64,000 nucleotides of DNA. Origin: Stegostoma tigrinum (taxonomy: Eukaryota). Shown here piece by piece: positions 1 to 13,040 of this stretch. The position numbers were made by a program, and so were the translations under genes. The notes below the pieces were generated by a model. The model saw only the letters and a list, made by a program, of their open reading frames with translations. It was not told where the DNA came from and searched no databases. The first letter of the stretch is position 1, and every line of letters begins with the position of its first letter. The stretch spans positions 2,676,582-2,740,581 of the forward strand of contig NC_081401.1 of assembly GCF_030684315.1 (NCBI RefSeq), read 5' to 3'.

Positions 1-1140
1 ACCTGCAGGCCTTTTTTATAAGCACAACACGGAAAATGGTGGATGAAACCATGGTAGGTGGTGACATGAACAGGGAGGAAAGTATTCAGAAATTGCAGCA
101 ATTTCTTGATTAGCTGGGGGAGTGGGTCGAGGAATGGTAAAGCAGTTTAATATAGATAAGTGTGAGGTGTAATATTCTGGAAAGTCATATCACGGTACGA
201 AAGTCAAGTTGAATGGCAGGGCCTGAAAGAGGGTAGGGGCACAGAGGGAAATTGGAGTTCAAGTAGCCAGTTCTCTGATAGTGGAGTCACAGATAGACAG
301 GGTAGTGAAGAAGCCTTTTGGCACAGTGGCCGACATCAGGAAGGGCACTGACTGTAGAAGGTGGGAAGTATGTTGCAAATGTATGTTGGTGAGATTACAC
401 TCATAGTGTTGTATACAGATCTAGTCACCTTTCTGAAAGGAAGAATGTTCTTAAACTGGGAACAGCGCACAAGGAATTTATGAGCATGTTGCCAGGCCTC
501 AAAGAATTGAGTTATCTGGAGAGGATGGACAAGCTAGGACTTTTTTTCTTTTGAGCAGAGAACACTGAAGGGGAAATCTTGGAGGAGTGCATAAGATAAC
601 GAGGGGCTTGAAAAGTTCAAGGCACTCAACATTTTTTTTTCAAAGGGTTGGAGAATCGATAACGAGAAGAGGGAAAAAAGATAAATGAGAGCCTGAGGGG
701 GATCTGTTTTCCAGAGACGGTGATAAGAATACGGAAAGACCTGCCAGTGGGTGTGGTTGAAGCAGGTAAATCAACAACATTTAAAGGGCATTTGAATGTG
801 TGCGTGGGCAGGAAAGATTGAGAAGAACATGTGTAAAGTGTAGGAAATTGAAGTTGTGTGGTTGGACGTTTTGGTCGGCATGGAGAAGTTGGGGACTAAA
901 GATCAATCTCTGTGCCGTTGGACACCATGACAATAACTCTGTGACAGAGTGATTCCTTAGGAATTTGGAGATACGGATACAGTTACAATGTTTAACAGAA
1001 ATTTAGATAAGCACATCAGTAAGAAATGCTTGGAGGAATATGGGGCATGTGGAGGCAGTTGGGAATAGCTTAGTTTGACATTTTGGTCAGTTTGGGTGGC
1101 TTGCACTGAAAGGTCTGTTTCCGTGCTCAGTAAATTTGCA
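1..1140 (+). mobile_element. Degenerate CR1-type LINE 3' fragments (RT C-terminus and 3' tail, probably two adjacent pieces)
   Basis: Decayed matches to the CR1 ORF2 C-terminal region (e.g. cagtttaatatagataagtgtgaggtg = QFNIDKCEV; gagaggatggacaagctaggactttt) and CR1-like 3' tails. Many frameshifts. Paralogous to 33613-34520. Confidence 0.75.
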
Positions 1141-2171
1141 ATCCTGCTCTACTTTCTGCGTGCAGATCAACGGTTACTGAGGACTGTACTGCAGACTAGA
1201 ATCGAACTGAAGCATTCAGGCATGATCTATATTTAAAAATAATACTCCAGATACTCTGGAGTCAGCATTGGGATCTGCTTGAAAGCTTCATATTTGACAA
1301 TGGGCCTTTGTCATGTATCGGAAGTTTGTTCTACATTCCAGATGCCCATTCTCCATAAATTTTCTTAATAAGGAACTATCTCACAATGTGCCATTCGACC
1401 GCATCAGAGCGAGTGCTGTGTCAAACTCAATTGTGAGAAGGACGTGCAATCCAACACAGAGAGCAAGTCTCGGATGAAATCTCACAGAGTTTTACAAGAA
1501 TGGATCAGGATCTGGGAACAACACTTCCTCTGGTTACAACATTGGAAAAGGGTTTTTCCTATCAGCGTAACGACATTTATGAGAATCATAAATAGATGAA
1601 CACAGAATCATGTATATATTGGACTGCGTTGTATCTGCAAAATTGTAATAATCATGTTCTGGCTATTGTTCAGATCCAAATTAAGTGTTTTTAGTCAGTG
1701 ATTGATGCTGTAAAATGTGCAAGAATACTCGTATCAATTTCTGCCCCTCCTGCTGGGGTTTGTGGTTTTTGAGAAGGATCTGTATGTAACAATGAAACGT
1801 ACTGACCACTGAAAGCTGTGCTACTGTTCTTTTAATGCACTCGCGCACAATGTTTCAACCAGGAATACTAAACTAATCTAAACCAAGCCACATAATACTT
1901 GAATTTGTAAGGCTGTGAATTTAGTCTTACATGCACAATTTCGTAAGTGTTCGGAACAAGACTTAGTGAACACTAAAAAGTGGACACTAAGGTCATACAT
2001 TTTAGAAAATTTTCAACTTTTTATTCATATGGCACCTTTACCAGGAGAGAGATAAACTGCATTAATATTCATGATTTAATTCTGCACTTTTTGATCACAG
2101 ACAGACAAACAGACAGACAGAAAACAACAGTAAAACAAAAAATCAAAAATGAAAAATGAAAACAACGCAGC

Positions 2172-2338
2172 CGTGATAATTGGGGGGTTATGGGAACTGC
2201 AGATGCTGGAGAATCTGAGAAAACAAATTGTGGAGCTGGATGAACACCCCAGGCCAAGCAGCATCAGAGGGGTGCCTAAGATGCTGCTTGCCCTGCAGTG
2301 TTCATCCAGCTCCACACTTTGTTATCACGTGATAATTG
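2172..2338. repeat. Inverted (fold-back) pair of Penelope-derived tail repeats flanked by direct repeat CGTGATAATTG
   Basis: Left arm tgtggagctggatgaacaccccaggccaagcagcatc (~2229-2265) is the near reverse complement of right arm gatgctgcttgccctgcagtgttcatccagctccaca (~2280-2316). cgtgataattg occurs at 2172-2182 and 2328-2338. Confidence 0.85.
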
Positions 2339-2439
2339 AGGAGGCTGTTTCTTTCTTTGAAAAAATAACTTTATCTCGTTTACAGACATCAAATTTACGC
2401 TGAAACAAGACATGGGCTCTGTAATATCGAGTGCCTCCA

Positions 2440-5290
2440 TATAAAGAGATGAATTAATTAATGATTATAAATCTGTCAAATGCATGTCCTCAGTCTGATA
2501 CATCAGACGAAATAAAAGGGAAAACCCAAGAGAAAACAAGCCCTCATACATGTGAAGATGGCAGGCCGCCGATGCCAATCCGCCAAACGCCGACTTCAAC
2601 CGGCCCACTGCCGACAGCTCTCCAGCCACCATCGATGCCACTCCGCCCACTGCCCCAACAGCCATCAGCTCAACAGGAAACACCAGCCCCCAGGCTTGCC
2701 GGACATTCACCTGCACCGCCCCAGGCCGCCCTCTCACCGGGCACGAACTGTCAGTCCTCAGTGAAGAACTCACCTTCATCCTCCTCCAGCCGAAGATCAA
2801 TGATACTGCTCATGCCTGAATGTTGAACAGTTTTTCTGCAACCTTCACCTCCACGCTTATTATTCATGAATCTAATCCTCCCTCTACTGACCCCTTGTCC
2901 CTTCTTTAATTTATCCTATCCTCCTGGACACCACCTCAAGGCCGACTACCATCCCTCGTTCTATACATCTCGAACTGCCATTATTTGTTGCAACCTCTCC
3001 ACCCCTCGCACACACTCCAATCCCTCACCCCCGAAACAGAACAGGCTTCCCTCTGCTCCCTCCGCTCCATCCCTAACCTCACCATAAATCATGCACGCAC
3101 GGGAGGTGCAGTTATGGTATGGTGCACTGACCTCTAAATTGCCCAGATCATTTGCCAACTCTCTGACAACTCCTTCTAACGACCTTTGATCATGACGCCT
3201 CCCGGATCATTAAAACATCATCTCCCAAACCATTCATAACCTCATCATCTCAGGTTCCCTCCCACCCATCATCTCCATCCTCATCATTCCTCAGCATCAC
3301 ACCACCCATTTCTATTTCCTTTCCAAAATCCATAAATCCATTGCCCTGGCCGACACATTGTCTCTGCCTGCTGCTGCAGCAACGAACTTTTTTCCACATA
3401 TTTTGTCTCCATTTTCTCCACTGCACCAACCGGTCCAGGAACTGCCCATCTACATCCAGGACACCACCCATGTCCTCCACCTCCTCTAAAACTTCTGATT
3501 CCCTGGACCTCAACACCTCACCTTCACCAAGATCATCCAGTGTCAATGTATTTGCATTCTAAAATGCATAAAAACCCTTCGCTTCTTCATCTTCTGCAGG
3601 CCAGACCATTCGTCCTCCACTGACACCCTTATCCATCTGTGCTAACTCGTCCTTAGACTGAACGTCTTCTCCCTTAACTCCTTCCAATTCCTGCAGAATA
3701 AACCGCTTGTCATGTGTGCCTGCATGGACCCAGGCTACGCCTGCCTCTTTGTCGGATACATGGAACAGTCCCTCTTCCACAGCTACTCTGTCACTATCCC
3801 CCATCTCTTCCTCTGCTACATCAATAACTGTATCGGCTGGTGATCCAACAAAGAGCTCAAATAGTTCATCTACTTTACTAACAACTTCCACCCCAACCTT
3901 AAGTTCACCAGGATCACCTCAGCTACCTCTTGTTCTTCCTGGGCCTCTCTGTCTCCATCTCTGGTAACCACCTGGAAAATGACATGTATTTCAAACCCAC
4001 TGTCTTCCATCGCTACCTCTACTACACTTCCTCTCAGCGACATTCCTGCAATAATGCGATCCCCTTTTCGCAATTCCTCTGCATTCACTGCAGCTGCCCC
4101 CACGATGAGGCATGACACTCCTGGACATATCAGATGTCTTTGCTTTTCAAGGAATGCAATTTTCCCTCCAACAGTGGTAAAAAACAACCTCAAACACATC
4201 GCTTACATTTGTTGCACCTCAGCCCTGACACCCTCACCCTGCAACAAAAACAAAGGTAGATTTCCCGTGTCCTCTTTCATCACTCTATCAACCTCCGGAT
4301 TCAACGTATCCATCTCCGTCACTTTCACCACTTGCAAACTGGTCCAACTGGAAAGGATATATTTCCCTCAGCACCCACTGCTGCCTTCTGGAGGGTGTGC
4401 TTATGGTGCAATTCACTCATCTGCTCCACAGACCGCACGAGCCCTATTACTTCCAGCACTATTCATTCCCTGCAAATGCAGGAGGTGCCACACCTGCCCC
4501 GACACCGCCCTCCTTCCCTTCATTCCAGGCACCAGGAAAACCTCCACATGAAACAGATGTTCACCTGCACATCCGCTAATGTGCGATATTGTATCCGCTG
4601 TTCCCGATGTGGACTACTTGACATCAGGCAAACCAAGCGAAGGCTCGGAGTCCACTTTGTGGAGCACTAAAGCTTGGTTAGTGACAAATGACAACCCCTC
4701 CCAGTCGCGAAGCACTTCAGATTTCCCTCCCACTCTTTGGATGATATGTCCATCCTGGGCTCCTCCCAAGTCACAACAATGTGACTCGACAACTGGAGAA
4801 ACAGCACCTCGTATCCCGCCCTAGAATCCTACAAACCAATGGTCTCAACGCGGGTTTACAAGCTTCAAATTCTTTCCTCCTCGGACCGTATCTCAAAATC
4901 AGCCCAGCTCATACCCAGCTCCCTAACTTCTCCACCCACATATCAATTCATCCCAACTCAAGCCCAAGTCCCATTTCCCACCTGCAAGCCTCATCCTGCC
5001 TCTTCTACCTGCTTGTCCTCCCTGGCGCAACCTATCCCTCCCTAACTCCTCACCTACACTCACCTTTACTGGCTCCCAGCCTACCTCTTTGGCCTGTCTG
5101 TATCCTCACCACCAATCTTCTTCTTTATCCAACTTCTATCTGCCTCCTCGTCTCTCCCTATTTATTTGAGAATCCCCTTCCCCATCCCCACTTCTGAAGA
5201 AGGGTCTAGACTCAAAACGTCAGCTTTCCTGCTCCTCTGATGCTGCTTGGCTTGTTGTGTTCATTCAGCTTCACACCATGTTATCTCATG
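2440..5290 (+). mobile_element. Penelope-like retroelement (degenerate RT plus GIY-YIG endonuclease, 3' tail with hammerhead-like motif)
   Basis: ORF 4332-4670 has FTCTSANVRYCIRCSRCGLLDIRQTKRRLGVHFVEH (GIY-YIG of PLEs). Upstream are decayed RT motifs (FFLGLSVSISGNHLENDMYFKPT). C-rich 3' region ends in ctgaagaagggtctagactcaaaacgtcag (5194-5223). Confidence 0.85.
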
Positions 5291-6461
5291 AATCATTCAG
5301 TGATGTTTTGTTTCAAACATATGAGAAATTTGGAAGTTTTCAGTGATAGAACCATTGCAGATAAGAGAGAAGATTCGTTATATGGTGCTTGAGGAAGTCA
5401 AAGTGTCTCATTTATTTCCCGAATAAAATGTTATTATTAGATAATCTCCCTGGTTCGAAGAAATCTCGGTCAGCTCATTTTAACCCTTTTCAGCAGCTAA
5501 TTCTGGCATTGAAGACCTTTACTCAGAACTGAAAATAGCAGGAATCATTCTCCGATTCAGTTTAATCCTGTCAGATTCCTAAACTAATTCCAAATAGGAA
5601 TTTTCCCCCTGCATTGCTTCCTGCATAAATGTGTGATATCAAATGAATATATCCATCCAATCAGGTACAAGAACTTTGTGTCTGAAATTGTTAAACACAA
5701 TGTTGATTGAGACACAATAAAGTCAATAAATGAAAGTCAAGGGAATAATGCTGAAGCTTACTTTGAGCCTCAATGGAACAGTATAGTGAGTCCAGGACAG
5801 AGATGTCAATGTGAGGCCAACGTATGGAAAGCTAAAATAACAGAGAGATCCTGATAACCGAAGATCGTGTGATAAAAGAATGGAGGTGTTCTGCAAGCGG
5901 TAACTCTTGACGATGGGCAGTCACCTTTACCTACAAAACGGCATCCTGTGGAAGACGAGAGATAGCAATCAGCAGGTGAGAACTCCGATCGTGTATTTTC
6001 CATATAGTTGCATGAGATCAGAGTTTGTATCTGATCTTCCCCACCCTCTCCTCACCAGGCGCTTTACACCTCTTCCTCCCTCACAACGAAGCCTTTGCAC
6101 ATCCTTATTGCATGCAGGGTATGCCAGGGGAATGAGGGGATTTTGTCCATGAATGCAAAATGCCCGTCCAAGATGTCTCTTTTTCTATCTTGTCTTTTGG
6201 GACGTTAGGAATAGTTCGTCCATGAAAAGAGCCTTCTTCAGATTAGGGGGAAGTGCATTTTTTTTTGTTGGCTTTATTGCTACTTCTGGATCACCTTGAG
6301 CATCATCAGCTCTCGGAGGATGTGAATGTGGTTGTGGGGATAGGGTAGTAGTGATCACGTATATTTCAGTGAGCATGAGGACGTTGGAGTTGCAGGGTAA
6401 TGACTTTTTTCCTCCTACGAGTTGACCACCTAAACAACGACTCGCCACACCGCAGCTTCGT

Positions 6462-6612
6462 NNNNNNNNNNNNNNNNNNNNNNNNNNNNNNNNNNNNNNN
6501 NNNNNNNNNNNNNNNNNNNNNNNNNNNNNNNNNNNNNNNNNNNNNNNNNNNNNNNNNNNNNNNNNNNNNNNNNNNNNNNNNNNNNNNNNNNNNNNNNNNN
6601 NNNNNNNNNNNN
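6462..6612. other. Assembly gap (151 N)
   Basis: Run of N. Confidence 1.
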
Positions 6613-7116
6613 CCATGGGTCAAGTAAATGGTAATTATCATGTCAGCGATCGGGCAGCAAGTGAGAATTATCAGAGGAAACTTGTGACAGAGCCAGAGAC
6701 ATTTCTCGCAGCTGCCATGTTATCTTTCATTGGCATATTTATCCGGCAACACTTCAGAAAGCGTGTGCAGTTTCGTGGTGTGACTCCTAAAAACTCAGAC
6801 AGGATTCAATTCAGCAGGAACCTCCAATATTCCAGCATTCTTATGGTGGAGATCACGACAGAAAGAATCCAGTTCACTATTGTCTCTCTTGTGGCCAAAT
6901 CCATTGCAGCTGGCTTTTGTCAAGATCAAAATCGTACAACATGCTGGAGGTATGGTCTAAAAATATGTCTATGAAGACCAAAACCATGCAGAGGGCATTA
7001 AGCCTCGTCTAATCGAGAGACATGAATGCCAGAAACGTGCAGTGTTCCGAAGTGTCGACCAAGTGGGGGAAAGGAAAACCAGAATTGTACACATGCTTCA
7101 AGTTCCATCAAGTAAA

Positions 7117-7344
7117 TGTCAAATACCAGCACAGAAGTCAGTATTGCAGCACCATGTTACTCTGTATTTACACTTGCATAGTTATTGATGCTGATCCACC
7201 TCCTTCAGAACCATGCCTCAGAGTGAACAGAAATTCTGCTACACCTGAACATCTGTCAGTTAGGGTTCCCTGATTGGATCAGATTAATACACTCCAAACA
7301 TTGATCTCAACTTCTATACCGGCTACCTGACTGATCTCGTTACA
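7117..7344 (-). repeat. Putative 3' LTR of the Gypsy element
   Basis: Minus strand reads tgtaacgagatcagtcagg...actatgca...atactgacttctgtgctggtatttgaca, similar in length and motifs to the 5' LTR but clearly diverged. No clear PPT or TSD. Confidence 0.55.
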
Positions 7345-8049
7345 ATTGTTAAATCCATTCTCGTCTAATTCCAGGAGCTGAAGCTGATTCTTTTTCTTGT
7401 AGACTCTCATGGAGCATCATGGCACCAAGTCCTGTTTTTCCATCTCCAGCTCAAGTACTGTGTGACAGACCATTAACCGCTTCAGGTGATGCAAGTGCTT
7501 GTTTGGGACCACATCACTGACTAGAACTGATTACGTAACGAGACCAGAGCTTGCATCAACCCTGCACCTTATCCATGCTGGGACCACGTTTCTTTGGTTT
7601 TGACATTTGACACAAAACTTTGTAATTTGAAGTAAACTGTCTCTCTCGCTTCTGTTCATCATCAAAGTTTGGACTGCACTGCCGTGCAGACCGATTTGAC
7701 AATGGGTGGTATGGAACTGTCCTTATGTGCGAAGTGCCATATGGCTTGAAGAAATATTGGAATTGCTTGCTGCTAAGTGATGACCCGTTTTGTGTGACAA
7801 ACCTTTCTTGGGGTCTATGTATATCAAGTGATGCTCACAGCCTTTCTATTGTATTCCCCGAGTTTGAAAAATGGACTGTTTGCACGTCAAACTACTTTGA
7901 GTCTGACTGAGAGTACTGGGGCCAATGACAGAGAGGACATAGTCAACATGTAACAGACTCCAAAGTTTACCCGACATTTCCCATGAATATGAAGAAGCTG
8001 CAAAATGTAATTTATGCCCTTGCTAGCACTCTGGGTACACTCTTACCAA

Positions 8050-8142
8050 GATAACAAAGTGTGAAGCTGGATGAACACAGTATGCCAAGCAGCATCGCAG
8101 GAACACAAAGACTGACGTTTTGGGCCTCGACCCTTCATCAGA
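8050..8142 (-). mobile_element. Short Penelope-derived repeat with hammerhead-like core, inserted in Gypsy integrase
   Basis: gataacaaagtgtgaagctggatgaacacag...ctgacgttttgggcctcgacccttcatcag. GAAA core mutated to AAAA. Confidence 0.8.
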
Positions 8143-9621
8143 AAAACATTATGGTTATGTCTGTGTCCAGTCCTGGACACCAGATATTACTTTGTGCTTC
8201 CATCATCATTCTGGAAACGGCTGTGTGATCCTGGTAGAGTTGAGCCAATATCTGACAGCGTCCTTTGCTCGGGTCAATTACTCTTGTTCCCCATATTAAA
8301 ATGCTATCCTTTCCAGTGATCGGATTTCCGCAGATCCAAAAAGGTATCAATATTAGTTGTTGGAACTATCTTGTTTCCATCATTAACACCAGTTGTTTTA
8401 CTTTCACAGGACATCCAGATTTTGCTTCTGAAGTCTGACATTATCAGCGCTTACCTGAAGGGTCTTCAGAAACCAGAACAGATTTTTCCAGGTGTGGTAC
8501 CACCGCTAGTGCATCTACCAGCAGCTGGGAGCTCAATTACCCTGAGTTGCTTTTTGGCCTCCTTGCATAGTGTTCCCAGTCGCAGTTGTGCACAGTTAGA
8601 ATGAGACCCTATCGCTTCATTTGTCATAAACTATGAACAACACGGCCTTGTCTCCTTTGAGAAGACCGATCAGATATTTGTGGTCTGTTACTATTGCAAC
8701 TGGGCGTCCACGAACGTATTGCTAGAGCTTTCTCACATCATAGATGGCTACCAAACCCTCTTTCTCTATCTGTGCATATTTGCATTCTACAACAGCCAAA
8801 GTCTGGGAAGCAGACATTTTTGGGTGTTTCTCGCCATTGAATCATGAGTGAGCCAACACTACTTTGACACAGGACAGGGAGGCATCACATGTTGGCACCG
8901 CATCTCGCTTGGGATTGCAGTGTGCAAACAATTTAGATGATGAAAAATGCTTTTTCACTTCCTTAAAGGCTACTTCTTGTCTGTGAGACCACATCCACAC
9001 CGAATTCTCTTTCAATATGGGATGTAAATTTGTCAGGTTGGAAGCCAGATTATACCTAAGCGTTCTGCATTAATTCACCAATTATTGGAAAAACCTAAGT
9101 TCTGCTTCAGATCGGGGCGCCTGGGCACATTTGACCCGACTTACGTTAGCTTCCAAACAATGCATTCAAATCTTGTCGACTCTGCGTCCCACATAGGTAA
9201 ATTGTGATGCCTGGAACACACATTTATCACTTCTAATATGTATGCACAACTTGGAGAAAAGTGTCAGGAGTATGTCGCAGGATTCTTTCTGCTCATTATT
9301 GGTCTTCCTTGTTATTAGCGTATCATTTAGGTAAACAGTGAACTGGGGTAGATTTTGTAAAATGTTTACTCTGCTTCACTGCAACATGTCACAAACTGAT
9401 TGTACGCAAAATGATAGTTTGGTGCATTGGTGAAAACCCTTATGCATCTTAAATGTGGCATAATTCTGGAAAATCATGTCGTACAACAAGTGAAGACCTG
9501 CCCGCTACGTCTTCACCACGCCAACTTTATGTGCAAGATCTGTATGCGAGGGATTGGATATTTATCGAGGTGCAAGAAGTGCTTTTCCTTTTGTCTAAAA
9601 CCCCACCAAGGCAAACAAATC

Positions 9622-10295
9622 TGTTAGACTTTCCAATGGCGAAGAACAATGTTGTCAATTCCACAAACTTGTGACAACACTCATAGCTTTAAAAGGTTAT
9701 TTGTGTTTTTTAAAGGACTTTGGAAGACGGAGTTCGACCAATAGAATAGACAGTTTGTGACGCCTTGCCAATTGTTCTCAAAATCGAACACATCGAACCA
9801 GCCTAGCTCGGTGTAGCTAGGACTCAAAGACAAGATTTTCTCGTTTGTTGTTTAGCTTTATGTTTAGCTTTAGCTGTTGCTGTTCTTGTCTTGAAGAAAT
9901 AAAATTTACCCCCCTCTCTCTCAGTTACAACAAGAAGGTGTAGTTTCTCTGATGTTGGGTCATATACGGGATGTTTCATTTTGAAGAATTTTCTTTTTTC
10001 CCAATGGTTGTGTTAATTGGATGTCCCGTTTTGGGACAGTCAATTATTAATAGTCACTGTATCTACAATATTCTCAAGTTACCTAGGAGAGTTAAGTTAT
10101 TCTAAATTCCTGTCCTTTTGTTCATGTTTTAAATATTATGTTTAAATAAAGTATGTTTTGCATAACGTTAACTAGTTTGGCCTGTTACATTGCATCTGGA
10201 AGTCGACACTTCACGTGTGCCTTTAAAATAAGAAAATGTTGGATCTTGGCTTCGTTTTTTACAGACATTGTGTGGGTTTGATCTGGCCTCTAACA
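9622..10295 (+). mobile_element. Solo LTR nested in the Gypsy pol region
   Basis: Termini TGTTAGA (9622) ... TCTAACA (10295) form a 7-bp inverted repeat. Flanks AAATC/AAGTC are a near-perfect 5-bp TSD. AATAAA at ~10145. Confidence 0.8.
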
Positions 10296-11681
10296 AAGTC
10301 TACTGCTTTGGCGATTACTTCACTTTCCAGCCTTCTGATGTACTCCTCTACTTTTGCACTTGAAGCCATTGACATTAAGAGAGTCTTGCAGAATCTTGAA
10401 ATTGCTTCCTGGTCAACCTGTAAGGTGGCCAAAATCCGTTTGGAATTCCAATGACCATACTGAAAAATCTTGCGGGAATTTAATTTTGATTTCAATTCGG
10501 CAGCGGTTTTCTATTTGAAAACACAGTGTGAATTTCTCAACCAGTTCCGTCCATCAAGCTCGGGCGTTACACTTTTACTGCAATCAGAAGTAACCGATTC
10601 ATTGTTCCTCATATGGCAGCAGAACTGAACTTGCACTGTTAAGTCTTCTCTGGTATAGTCCAGCTATATTCTTACGCCAACTGAAGGGTTGGAGCCCAGA
10701 GTTTCCGCTATCACTTCTATACTATACTCTTCCGGTATCAACCTCGATTAGAACCAGGTGACCATTTAACTTGACGTGTATTTTCGATGGATCTGAGTTG
10801 GAAGGTGCGAAGAAACATCACTGTTCCAAACAGGAAACAGGTGAAACCGATCGGGCATGTACTGTACTGGACACAGATCTGTGAGTTATCATACAAAATT
10901 TTGAACGAGTCGGACGGTTCTGCTATCTCAAACACACATAATGGCAGAACTCTGAACAGCCTGTTGGCCTGGATCCTTAAAACAATGATAACAGTTTGAC
11001 CAAGGCTTGGTTTTGTTTTGACTGCCCTGAGTGAGGCTTTGCATTTCCTGCTCACAATTATTGTCTCCCAAAACAACTCTTCCTGTCCAGTGTGTCTATT
11101 TCCATCAAAACACCCCATAACTCATCGTCATGCTCCTGCAAATTCTCATTACAAAACCAGTTTTGATGTTTTTTTTGAATTCAAGTAGGCTTCAGCTATT
11201 AAGGGGTTTTCACTGTTACATCATTAAACCAACAGACCAAATGGCATCTCATGAAGCATTAAACCAGAGTTACATTCCTCTGCAAGTCCTCTCTACCTCG
11301 GCAAAATTCCAGACACAGACTCCCCTGCAACTCAGTCAGCCGAGTAAAACGGAAAATGTCTCGGAATTTAAGGTGGCGTCGGATGTAGTATTGCTTAACT
11401 AAATCCGTCAACTCTTGAAATGTTTTGACATCTGGTGCCTCAGGAATCAATACGCTACTGGTAACCAAAAAATGCCGCGGGTTCACAAGCTGTCAGTACA
11501 ATTATGTATTGTTTTTCATCTGCATAAATATCATTTGCCCAGAAAACTATGACATTTTTTCCACACACTGTGCCCAGTCTTTTCGGAAGCTTCAAAATGA
11601 AGGCATGATGCCAGAAATGTGCACCACAGCTCCTCAATGATACTTGCAATGAAATTTTGTCGTGAATGCATTTGCTTTTCT

Positions 11682-11691
11682 CTCGTCACCA
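11682..11691 (-). promoter_or_regulatory. Primer-binding site of the Gypsy element (tRNA-Ser(GCU)-like)
   Basis: Minus strand ttatttca-c-TGGTGACGAG immediately after the LTR end; resembles TGGCGACGAG. Confidence 0.6.
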
Positions 11692-11692
11692 G

Positions 11693-13040
11693 TGAAATAA
11701 CACCACGGAGGCCAGTATCCCATCAGAAAGTCACCCTTGGTTTTAGCATGCATAGTAATTGTCTACATTGTATCTTTCTCAGAGCCAGCTTGCAAGGTGA
11801 ACACAATGTCTCACCATCTGGTCACTATCTGCAAGGCATGGCTCCCTGCTTGTTGTGGTTAGAACAAAGAACATAGAACATTACAGCACACTACAGACCA
11901 TTCGGCCCTCGATGTTGTGCCGTCCTGTCATACCAATCTCAAGCCGATCTAACCTACACTATTCCATGTACGTCCATATGCTTGTCCAATGATGACTTAA
12001 ATGTACCTAAAGTTGGCGAATCTACTACCGTTGTAGGCAAAGCGTTCCATTCCCTTACTACTCTCTGAGTAAAGAAACTACCTCTGACATCTGTCCTATA
12101 TCTTTCACGCCTCAATTTAAAACTATGCCCCCTCGTGCTCGCCGTCACCATCCTAGGAAAAAGGCTCTCCCTATCCACCCTATCTAAACCTCTGATTATT
12201 TTATGTTTCAATTAAGTCACCTCTCAACCTTCTTCTCTCTAACGAAAACAGCCTCAAGTCCCTCAGCCTTTCCTCATTAGACCTTCCCTCCATACCAGGC
12301 AACCTCCTAGTAAATCTCCTCTGCACCCTTTCCAAAGGTTCCACATCCTTCTCATAATGCAGTGACCAGAACTCTATGCAATACTCCAAGTGCGGCCGCA
12401 CCAGAGTTTTGTACAGCTTCACCATAACCTCTTGGTTCTGGAACTCGATCCCTCTATTAATAAAAGCTAAAACACTGTACAGCTTCTTAACAGCCCTGTC
12501 AACCTGCGTGGCAACTTTCAAGGATCTGTGTACATGGACACCGAGATCTCTCTGCTCATCTACACTGCTAAGAATCTTACCATTAGCCCTGTACTTTGCC
12601 TTCCGGTTACTCCTACCAAATTGCATCACCTCACAGTTGTCTGCATTAAACTCCATTTGCCACGTCTCAGCCCAGCTCTGCAGCTTATCTATGTTTCTCT
12701 GCAACCTACAGCATCCTTCGTCACTATCCACAACTCCACCGACCTTAGTGTCGTCTGCAAATTTTCCAACCCATCCTTCTACGCCCTCTTCCAGGTCATT
12801 TATAAAAATGACAAACAGCAGTGGACCCAACACCGACCCTTGCTGTACACCAGTAGTAACTGGTCTCCAGGATGAACATTTCCCATCAACTACCACCCTC
12901 TGTCTTCTTTCAGCAAGCCAATTTCCGATCCAAACTGCTATATCTCCCACAATTCCATTCCTCCGGATTTTGTACAATGTTACTCTGGTTCAATCAGGCA
13001 ACTCGTATTCTCTGAGGTCTAGCCGTCTGACATTGTTGCA
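11693..13040 (-). repeat. 5' LTR of the Gypsy element, interrupted by a CR1 insertion
   Basis: Minus strand tgcaacaatgtcagacgg...gatactggcctccgtggtgttatttca. The uninterrupted counterpart is in unit B at ~43320-43511. Confidence 0.7.
11861..12977 (-). mobile_element. 5'-truncated, relatively young CR1 (HER1-like) LINE
   Basis: 258-aa ORF with GVQQGSVLGPLLFVIFINDL, KFADDTK, WQMEFN, RPHLEYC. Frameshifted C-terminus FFTQRVVREWNALP. (gaacata)-type tail at 11861. Absent from unit B (empty site ~43450). Confidence 0.95.

Larger units (their letters stand above)
7117..13040 (-). mobile_element. Degenerate Ty3/Gypsy LTR retrotransposon (gag-PR-RT-RH-IN remnants, two ~230 bp LTR-like ends)
   Basis: Minus-strand remnants: gag (PEAPDVKTFQELTDLVKQYY), pre-RT (KVEEYIRRLESEVI), integrase zinc finger (ILIWGTRVIDPSKGRCQILAQLYQDHTAVSRMMMEAQSNIWCPGLDTDI). 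Related LTR-like segments at 7117-7344 and 11693-13040 (the latter split by a CR1). Many stops and frameshifts. Confidence 0.85.

Noticed and set aside
2461-2826. Proline-rich 121-aa ORF
   Set aside because: Compositional by-product of the C-rich 5' part of the Penelope-like element; no domain or splice support.
5800-7110. ORFs flanking and spanning the N gap; possible additional LTR-element debris
   Set aside because: ORFs are inflated by N; no motif I could assign confidently.
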